This document shows positions 6,094-11,275 of a DNA stretch of 11,275 nucleotides, piece after piece. Origin of the DNA: Candidatus Bathyarchaeum sp. (GTDB lineage: Archaea > Thermoproteota > Bathyarchaeia > Bathyarchaeales > Bathyarchaeaceae); NCBI GenBank assembly GCA_026014495.1, contig JAOZIF010000044.1, forward strand, positions 1 through 11,275, given 5' to 3'. How positions within the stretch are numbered: the first letter of the stretch is position 1; each line of letters opens with the position of its first letter. Made by a program: the position numbers and the translations under genes. The notes under the pieces were generated by a model that saw nothing but the letters and a program-made list of their open reading frames with translations, was not told where the DNA came from and did not search any database.

Positions 6094-7296
6094 TTAGTTT
6101 CTCCCCAGAATGTGTATGTATGATTTTGTGCCAAAGCCTTCTAACTCTGAAACACAACCCAGTTTAGGAGCTTCTCCGTCCAAGTGGACTTGTCGGCTAT
6201 CAGCTTTTCCTTGTAACTGTTTGAAAATTTCAAAGATTTGTGCGCCGCCAGTTGCACCTAATGGATTTCCGTCGGCTTTGAGGCCTCCATTCAAGTTTAC
6301 ATAGAGCTTTCTGCCGCCTATTTCGTAGAAGCCCTGATAGTCTTCGCAGCTTTTGTGTATGTCAAGCCATGATTTTCCTCTTTTACAAAAGCCTAAGTCT
6401 TCTAGAGATAGCATCTCAAGTAGTGTTGATTGGTCATAGAGTTCAGCTATTTGAATTTCGGTTAAGTCAACGTTAGCCTGTTTGAGGGCTGTTTGCATGG
6501 CTAAGGTTGTTGCTACAAATCCTGTTCTGTCTTCTCGTGAGGGAAATGTGATGTAGTCAGTGGCTGAAGAGGAAGCCAAGACGTAAACAGGAATATCGGA
6601 GCATTTTTTGGCGGCTTTTGGGCTTGCCAGAATTAAAGCTGATGCGCCGTCAGAAACTGGGGCAAAGTCGAAGAGCCCCAATGATTTGCAATGATTACCC
6701 CGCGCTTTTATGACTTGCTCGACGGTTATTGGGTTCTTGTATTGGGCTTGGGGGTTTTTTGTGGCGTTTTTGTGGTTTTTTACTGATATTTGGGCAAGTG
6801 CAGTGTAAAGTTTTTCGAGTTGTTTTCCTTTGATGCCATATTTTTTGGCGTATCCGTTGAGTAGTAGTTCATGGTTTGCTTCGGGTGTGCAGCCTGCGTA
6901 GTAGCTCCATGGGTCTTCTAGGAGCATTAGGTCGTCTCTGATTTTGTCCCAGCGGTCAGTCATTTTTTCCATTCCGCCAACTAGGACGAGGTCATATTTT
7001 CCTGATTGAATTGCGTGGCAGGCATTTAGTAGTGCGGAGCTAAATGATCTGGTTTTTTCCATGGGGACATGAAGTTCTAGGAGTTCAGAGAAGAATCCTT
7101 CTTCTAGCCCGATTTTGTTTGTGACTTGGAGAAAATAGTCGGAAAGGTAGCAGGCATTCAAGTCTTTTCGTGTTATGCCTGCAGAGTCTAGTGCTTGGAG
7201 TCCAGCTTCTTCGATTAGAGATTCGGGGTCTCTTTCGTAGTGTTCTCCAAATTTTGTCCTGCCGACTCCTATGATGGCAGGGTTTTGTGAGTTCAT
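6094..7296 (-). CDS. Thiolase-fold protein (archaeal/SCP2-type acetyl-CoA acetyltransferase homolog) lacking canonical catalytic residues, 400 aa
   Basis: AIIGVGRTKFG, GGMEKM, NHKNATKNP.AQ, APVSDGASALIL, EDLGFC and NLNGGLKA.G.PLGATG are thiolase-family motifs. The CxS nucleophile, HDCF and GHP motifs read RSFSS, YDQS and GNP. Confidence 0.9.
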   Translation of the reverse strand: MNSQNPAIIGVGRTKFGEHYERDPESLIEEAGLQALDSAGITRKDLNACYLSDYFLQVTNKIGLEEGFFSELLELHVPMEKTRSFSSALLNACHAIQSGKYDLVLVGGMEKMTDRWDKIRDDLMLLEDPWSYYAGCTPEANHELLLNGYAKKYGIKGKQLEKLYTALAQISVKNHKNATKNPQAQYKNPITVEQVIKARGNHCKSLGLFDFAPVSDGASALILASPKAAKKCSDIPVYVLASSSATDYITFPSREDRTGFVATTLAMQTALKQANVDLTEIQIAELYDQSTLLEMLSLEDLGFCKRGKSWLDIHKSCEDYQGFYEIGGRKLYVNLNGGLKADGNPLGATGGAQIFEIFKQLQGKADSRQVHLDGEAPKLGCVSELEGFGTKSYIHILGRN

Positions 7297-7307
7297 AAGT
7301 TCAACGT

Positions 7308-7348
7308 CCTCTAAGGAAGTGTATTTCTGGATGTACCCTCCTTTAAAG
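7308..7348 (-). promoter_or_regulatory. TATA box (CTTTAAAG, 7341-7348) and GAGGA RBS (7308-7312) of the thiolase/HMGCS operon
   Basis: Position and sequence fit archaeal promoter/RBS spacing upstream of ATG 7296. Confidence 0.5.
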
Positions 7349-7483
7349 AGTTGCCCTTTTCTGGGATGAAAAAAACGTTGTGTATGTTCATTTTTAGCTG
7401 TTTTTGGCGGTTTTTAGCGTCCGTATGCAATTGGGAAGGAATCAAATCATTTATCTGCAAGCCAAGTGTATTCGTAGAATATC

Positions 7484-7924
7484 TTGGTGGCGTTTGTGTT
7501 GGCTACTCAATTTGCTGCCCTCATTATGGATACGTTGCTTGAGCAAACAGGGTTAGAGGACATTATTTTGTCCATAATTTCGTTTGTCATAATCTTTGCT
7601 ATCATGACCGTGATTTTTTATGTGTCAGGTAATGCCGTGGTTGGAAGAAAGAGGGTCAGCTTAAAGGATGCTTTTTCAATTTCTGTTCTTGGAACTCTTG
7701 TTTTGATTGTGTGTCTTTCGGTTTTTAGTTTAGAACTCGCATTGCTGATGTCGGTTATTGCATGGCTGCTTTTAGTCAAGTACTACTATGAAACAGGTTT
7801 TGTGGGTGCATTTGCTGTAGGCATAACTTCTGCGTTTGTTTCACTTGTTGTTTTAGAGGTTTTAAGTTGGGTTTTGGGTATTCCGCTGGTTTTTGATTGG
7901 CTGTCTGTCTTTGTTATGGGCTAA
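7484..7924 (+). CDS. Hypothetical integral membrane protein, 4-5 TM (start TTG 7484 or ATG 7526)
   Basis: Continuous hydrophobic helices with short charged loops (VVGRKRVSLKDAF; YYETGF). It fills the gap between divergent and convergent genes. No family recognised. Confidence 0.8.
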   Translation: MVAFVLATQFAALIMDTLLEQTGLEDIILSIISFVIIFAIMTVIFYVSGNAVVGRKRVSLKDAFSISVLGTLVLIVCLSVFSLELALLMSVIAWLLLVKYYYETGFVGAFAVGITSAFVSLVVLEVLSWVLGIPLVFDWLSVFVMG

Positions 7925-7947
7925 TTATGCTCCAAGCGGAGCTTGTG

Positions 7948-8196
7948 TTATTGTGTTTTTTGTTTGAATTGCTCGGTTATTATCATGGTTGTTGTAAGGA
8001 AAACGTCAGGTAGTACTCGAAGTTTTTCTGTTAAGAATTTGTCCATGTCTGAGATGTCTTTGATGTTTATTTTTATTACAGCATCGTTTTCTCCGATGAC
8101 AAGGTTTGCTTCGATTACTTCTTTGAATTCTGAGATTTGTTTTAGAAATTCTCTTTCTGAGCCTGATTTTACTGTGACTAAAATGTATGCAAGCAA
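7948..8196 (-). CDS. Stand-alone Lrp/AsnC ligand-binding (RAM) domain protein, 82 aa
   Basis: 'LAYILVTVKSGSE...EVIEANLVIGENDAVIKI...LRVLPDVFLTTTMI' fits the AsnC C-terminal domain; no HTH. TTG start with GGTGA RBS at 8203-8207. Confidence 0.9.
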   Translation of the reverse strand: MLAYILVTVKSGSEREFLKQISEFKEVIEANLVIGENDAVIKINIKDISDMDKFLTEKLRVLPDVFLTTTMIITEQFKQKTQ

Positions 8197-8298
8197 ACTT
8201 ACTCACCAACCATGTCTTAGTTGAAGTGTTACTTTGGGAGAACTTAACTTTTTGGATTTACGTTTAGTGGTGTGCTTGGTTTTTTGCAGAAAAGGTAT

Positions 8299-8330
8299 TT
8301 TTCAACAATGTTCTGCTATTAGTATCCTAA
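8299..8330 (+). repeat. Direct repeat copy 1 (32 bp)
   Basis: TTTTCAACAATGTTCTGCTATTAGTATCCTAA; 30/32 identical to 8914-8945. Confidence 0.9.
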
Positions 8331-8476
8331 ATATGATTGTTGAATCTGGGGGAGTGGTTTCGCGTAGGCAGGCGTGAATTTCCACATTTATTGTGTGTGC
8401 ATGCAGAGTCGCAGAACTATCATGAATTGTAGGTTTTTTAACAGTGGATTAATCTAAAGTTGTTTTATTTGTCAGG

Positions 8477-8671
8477 TTATGCACCTTTTTTGAGCCAAGG
8501 ACGGTAGGTTGGTTTTGACTCCTCATGGTAGTATTCTCTGGTTCTATCTTCTTTTTTAGTTACTTTTTTGTTACACCAAGGGCAGTCCTTTGGCAGTTTT
8601 GCACCCAAGTCCCACTGCAACTGGGTTAGGCTGACGTTGTGGTTACATTTCGGACATTGTTTAATTACCAA
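8477..8671 (-). CDS. Zn-finger microprotein (CPKC-x20-CPWC), ~64 aa
   Basis: Two CxxC knuckles and a charged tail. GAGGGGGGA RBS-like sequence 6 nt before TTG 8671, so the start is probably 8671 rather than 8695. ATTAAATA TATA-like box at 8741-8748. Confidence 0.7.
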   Translation of the reverse strand: MVIKQCPKCNHNVSLTQLQWDLGAKLPKDCPWCNKKVTKKEDRTREYYHEESKPTYRPWLKKGA

Positions 8672-8913
8672 AAATAATCCCCCCTCACGTTTCAAATCAA
8701 GCTCAAATAACTAGTCAATTAAATGCAGTAGGCTGCAAGCTATTTAATCAACTCGGTTAGTGAGTTTTTTGTAAATATTTGGTGTTTACCTCGGATGTGT
8801 CAGATAACATGAATTATTTCCAAGTTCTTTGCGCCCAACCAACATGCACCACAACAAGAGGAATGAAGGACAAAAATTAGTGCGGATACAAAAAAACATT
8901 CTAAAAAAGCTAG

Positions 8914-8945
8914 TTTTCAACAATCTTCTGCTATTAGTCTCCTAA
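8914..8945 (+). repeat. Direct repeat copy 2 (32 bp), overlapping the stop codon of the beta-helix gene
   Basis: TTTTCAACAATCTTCTGCTATTAGTCTCCTAA; 615 bp from copy 1. Confidence 0.9.
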
Positions 8946-10495
8946 TATGTGCGGTGTTTTTTGGTTAGTTTTTGTTTGCAGAGTGTTATTGCTAGAGTTG
9001 TTGTGATGAGTATGGGCAGTATTATCCATGATTGGAATTCTGGGATTGTGGTGGGTTGTGTGAGTGGGTGGTTGTCTTGGTTGTTTTCGTTAATGATGTA
9101 GGGTCCTGTGCCGTTGTAGTTGCTCCAGTAGTTTCCTGTTGTGCCGTTGTCCCATCGGTCTGTTGCGGGTTCCATGTCGGGTAGTGTTCCTGCAAGTGGG
9201 TCGTTGGTGTAGGTTGCTTGTTGGGTGTTGTTGAAGTTGTTTTGGTAGATTGTGTTGTTGGAAAAAACTGGAATTGTGTAATCGAGTATTATGCCGTAGT
9301 CGCTGTTTTGTTGTATTGTGTTGCCAACGATTGTGTTGTTAAATGCAGTGTCGAGGTTTATGCCGTTTTGGTTGTTTGTTACGGTGTTGGCGTGGACGGT
9401 GTTGTCATTTGATTCGTGTCCCCAGAGTTTTATGCCGTCTTGTGTGTTTTGTGTTACTGTGTTTTCGGAGATGATGGCTCTTCTGGAGTCGTAGAATAGT
9501 ATGCCGCTTTGTTGGTTGCCTGTTACGGTGTTTGCTGTGACTAGTGTGTGTTCAGAGTTCCACGAATTAATGCCGTCTTTGTTGTTTGCTGTTATGATGT
9601 TTTTGGATATTGTGTTGTTGCTGCAGATTTCGTATGGCGCAAAGAGCACGATGCCGTAGTCGTTGTTTGTGATGTGGTTGTTTGTTATCAAGCAGTTGCT
9701 TGTTGCGACTAGAAGTATGCCTTGGCTGTTTTGGGTTAGTGTTTGGTTTTGGACGGTTATGTTTGTGCAGTTAACTAGAGCCACATATGCGGCGTTTGAG
9801 GGCACGGTTTTGTCTTTTTGGTTGACCCAGTATACGATTGGTTTGCCGTTTATTGTGTTTGAGGTGTCGATGTCGTTGGTGAAGTGTGTCATTTGAACTG
9901 ACGTTTCGCAGTTGACCCACAGGTTGTATGTGTTGTCGATTAGCTGGTTGTCCCTGAAAGTGTTGTCTGGTGAGTGGTTGATGTAAACGCCGTAGGTGTT
10001 GTTTGCGAACGTGTTGCCCAAAATGTTGTTGCCGTCTGACATCATGCCAAGGGTTATTCCATGGTTGTTGTCGGTTAGGGTGTTTGCAGAAACTGTGATG
10101 CCACTGCAGCCATCCATTGAGTTTCCGTAGGTGAATTGTATGCCATGGCTGAAGTTTTTGATGTGCAGGTTCTTTATTTCTACGTTGTTTAGCTCTTGGA
10201 GCCAGATGCCTGTGAGGGTTCCGTTTCCTTGAAGTGTGTAGCCTGCCCCGTCAACAACTATGTTGTTACAAAAGATTACGATGCTTCCTGTTATGTCTGC
10301 CGTGAACGTGTAGGTGCTGCCGCTACGCTGAATATGTTCTGTCCCTGTCACGTCTCCTGTTGCGGTGATTTCGATTGTGTGCTCGGGAACTGAGGCAGGA
10401 AAAAAGTTGGCAGAAACCAAGCAAACAGACTGCAAGTTAACAAATAACAAAAGGAGTATTGAAAGTATAATAAATGAAGAGAATAGTTTCTTCAT
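8942..10495 (-). CDS. Secreted right-handed parallel beta-helix (NosD/CASH-like) surface protein with PEF-CTERM-like sorting tail, ~517 aa
   Basis: Start at ATG 10495 gives a signal peptide MKKLFSSFIILSILLLLFVNLQSVCLVSA. Also 'IVVDGAGYTLQG', many N.I..N..GI repeats, 'WDNGTTGNYWSNY...DNHPL', and C-terminal IPEF + TM + basic tail. Numerous N-glycosylation sequons. Confidence 0.9.
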   Translation of the reverse strand: MKKLFSSFIILSILLLLFVNLQSVCLVSANFFPASVPEHTIEITATGDVTGTEHIQRSGSTYTFTADITGSIVIFCNNIVVDGAGYTLQGNGTLTGIWLQELNNVEIKNLHIKNFSHGIQFTYGNSMDGCSGITVSANTLTDNNHGITLGMMSDGNNILGNTFANNTYGVYINHSPDNTFRDNQLIDNTYNLWVNCETSVQMTHFTNDIDTSNTINGKPIVYWVNQKDKTVPSNAAYVALVNCTNITVQNQTLTQNSQGILLVATSNCLITNNHITNNDYGIVLFAPYEICSNNTISKNIITANNKDGINSWNSEHTLVTANTVTGNQQSGILFYDSRRAIISENTVTQNTQDGIKLWGHESNDNTVHANTVTNNQNGINLDTAFNNTIVGNTIQQNSDYGIILDYTIPVFSNNTIYQNNFNNTQQATYTNDPLAGTLPDMEPATDRWDNGTTGNYWSNYNGTGPYIINENNQDNHPLTQPTTIPEFQSWIILPILITTTLAITLCKQKLTKKHRTY

Positions 10496-10515
10496 GTTAA
10501 ACGCCTTAACTAACC

Positions 10516-10531
10516 TATTGTGCACACAATA
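10516..10531. promoter_or_regulatory. Palindromic candidate operator TATTGTG-CA-CACAATA upstream of the beta-helix gene
   Basis: Perfect 7-2-7 inverted repeat between a TTTTAT TATA-like box (about 10536-10541, minus strand) and ATG 10495. Confidence 0.5.
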
Positions 10532-10593
10532 ACCCATAAAACATTTTTTGTAAAGGTTTCTTGACCAAAAAACGCAAACACAACAAAACACTA

Positions 10594-10645
10594 GTCAAAA
10601 AAATTTGACAAAACAACACAAGTGCTCAACGTTTACAAAAGTTGA
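10594..10645 (-). terminator. Probable terminator of the microprotein operon
   Basis: Hairpins TCAAC-N10-GTTGA (10626-10645) and GTCAAA-N4-TTTGAC (10594-10609) followed by U-rich sequence on the minus strand, directly after the RHH stop. Confidence 0.45.
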
Positions 10646-10649
10646 TAGC

Positions 10650-10814
10650 TTATGGCGCAGTTTCACCTATTTCCACTAGTCTGTGTCTGACTGATTCTGC
10701 GACAAATTCGGTTATGCTTCTGTAACCCAGTTCGTTTCTGTTTTTGATTACAGTTTTCACTTTTTTGTACAATCCTGATGGTAGGTTTACTGAATCGTAG
10801 CCTTTAACGGGCAT
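10650..10814 (-). CDS. Ribbon-helix-helix (CopG/Arc/MetJ-like) protein, 54 aa (not in ORF track)
   Basis: MPVKGYDSVNLPSGLYKKVKTVIKNRNELGYRSITEFVAESVRHRLVEIGETAP: beta strand SVNLP, helix A, G-Y-x-S turn, helix B EFVAESVR. Perfect GAGGTGA RBS at 10821-10827. Confidence 0.88.
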   Translation of the reverse strand: MPVKGYDSVNLPSGLYKKVKTVIKNRNELGYRSITEFVAESVRHRLVEIGETAP

Positions 10815-10829
10815 AGGTTTTCACCTCTT

Positions 10830-10973
10830 TTATGGGGAGTGAGTGATTGTTTTTCCACATTTGGGACAATGAATGTGGCACAGAGAATTTTGAGCATCAA
10901 AACCTGAAATGACGGCGTCTTTTTTAGGCAGAACATATCCGCAGTGACGGCACACATAAGAGTTTTTAGGCAC
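10830..10973 (-). CDS. Zn-finger microprotein (CRHC-x24-CPKCG), 47 aa (not in ORF track)
   Basis: MPKNSYVCRHCGYVLPKKDAVISGFDAQNSLCHIHCPKCGKTITHSP. GTG start with GGAGG RBS at 10982-10986; tight packing with both neighbours. Confidence 0.8.
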   Translation of the reverse strand: MPKNSYVCRHCGYVLPKKDAVISGFDAQNSLCHIHCPKCGKTITHSP

Positions 10974-10977
10974 CAGT

Positions 10978-11130
10978 TTATCCTCCGTAAAACCTTACGA
11001 TTGCATTTGTTGCTTTTTTTGAGAAGCCATGCGCTCTTAGTTGTTTACGAAGAGTTTCAAGTTCTTTGTCGTGTGTTATTGTTGTTTCTGGAAATAGGTT
11101 AGGTGTTATAGTGGTTTTTTTCGTTTTCAA
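10978..11130 (-). CDS. Hypothetical 50-aa protein (not in ORF track)
   Basis: MKTKKTTITPNLFPETTITHDKELETLRKQLRAHGFSKKATNAIVRFYGG. TTG start after an AAGGGGGA RBS; helix-turn-helix-like amphipathic C-half; its last codons contain the RBS of the next gene. Confidence 0.65.
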   Translation of the reverse strand: MKTKKTTITPNLFPETTITHDKELETLRKQLRAHGFSKKATNAIVRFYGG

Positions 11131-11138
11131 TCCCCCTT

Positions 11139-11168
11139 TATCTCATGCATATCTCATCCATATCTCAC
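11139..11168. repeat. Three tandem TATCTCA(T/C) repeats with 11-bp period, candidate operator
   Basis: TATCTCAT-GCA-TATCTCAT-CCA-TATCTCAC starting at 11139, 11150 and 11161. Confidence 0.85.
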
Positions 11169-11169
11169 A

Positions 11170-11190
11170 AGTGATTTAAATCTTTTCACT
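11170..11190. promoter_or_regulatory. Palindromic TATA element GATTTAAATC (11173-11182), possibly shared by divergent promoters
   Basis: TTTAAA reads the same on both strands; flanked by AGTGA/TCACT; about 30 nt from TTG 11212 and about 45 nt from TTG 11130. Confidence 0.6.
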
Positions 11191-11211
11191 CCTTCACAAA
11201 AAGGAACCAAC

Positions 11212-11275
11212 TTGAAATGGAAAACGGTGCAACTACCCGAAGACCTTGTAGACCGCGTAGATAACGCTGTAAAAC
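11212..11275 (+). CDS. Second ribbon-helix-helix-like protein, 5' part only (runs off the window)
   Basis: MKWKTVQLPEDLVDRVDNAVK...: RHH beta strand (TVQLP) plus helix A (EDLVDRVD). TTG start with AAGGA RBS at 11201-11205. Confidence 0.72.
   Translation, partial: MKWKTVQLPEDLVDRVDNAVK

Noticed and set aside
6092-6134. Possible programmed frameshift giving a thiolase-DUF35-HMGCS triple fusion (the downstream frame is open over the last thiolase codons)
   Set aside because: No slippery sequence seen; a normal RBS and TAA-A-ATG coupling explain the junction.
5023-6304. ORFs 5023-5211, 5125-5310, 5284-5475, 5498-5761 and 6110-6304
   Set aside because: Alternative-frame or antisense ORFs inside HMGCS/thiolase.
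7351-8224. ORFs 7351-7542, 7943-8224 and 8006-8209
   Set aside because: They overlap promoter regions or better-supported genes and have no recognisable features.
8333-8377. 14-aa plus-strand ORF after repeat copy 1, and a 23-aa ORF near 8809-8880
   Set aside because: Too short, no RBS and no motif support.
8950-10400. Strong G+T skew and apparent short repeats on the plus strand
   Set aside because: Explained by Asn/Thr-rich beta-helix repeats; not a CRISPR array or separate repeat element.
9218-10591. Plus-strand ORFs 9218-9412, 9663-9896 and 10196-10393, and the ORF-track start at 10591
   Set aside because: Antisense artefacts of AAC/ACA-rich codons. The 32-aa extension upstream of ATG 10495 spans promoter DNA and would displace the signal peptide.

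Overview
Archaeal genomic DNA, most likely Candidatus Bathyarchaeia. The lineage is inferred from a tRNA-Gln with an A1-U72 pair, a crenarchaeal-type single-OB SSB, TTG/GTG starts with GGAGG/GGTGA RBSs and a NosD-type beta-helix protein with an IPEF sorting tail. Left to right: tRNA-Gln(UUG); an unannotated frameshifted TRAM-domain pseudogene; SSB; a Yip1-like membrane protein with a large inserted extracellular domain; a convergent VIT1/CCC1 + DUF211 pair; a membrane-anchored coiled-coil DUF4332/HhH protein; a two-gene operon of a thiolase-fold protein and a DUF35-HMG-CoA synthase fusion; a small membrane protein; a stand-alone Lrp/AsnC ligand-binding domain; a Zn-finger microprotein between 32-bp direct repeats; a secreted beta-helix protein; and a cluster of microproteins missed by the ORF track (RHH, Zn-finger, 50-aa peptide) divergent from a second, truncated RHH gene. 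Two signals stand out. (1) A rewired thiolase/DUF35/HMGCS module: the thiolase has lost its canonical catalytic residues but keeps an intact ORF, while DUF35 is fused to an HMGCS with an intact catalytic triad. (2) A switch-like divergent RHH promoter with a palindromic TATA box and three 11-bp-phased repeats. All family assignments come from motif recognition; no database search was run.
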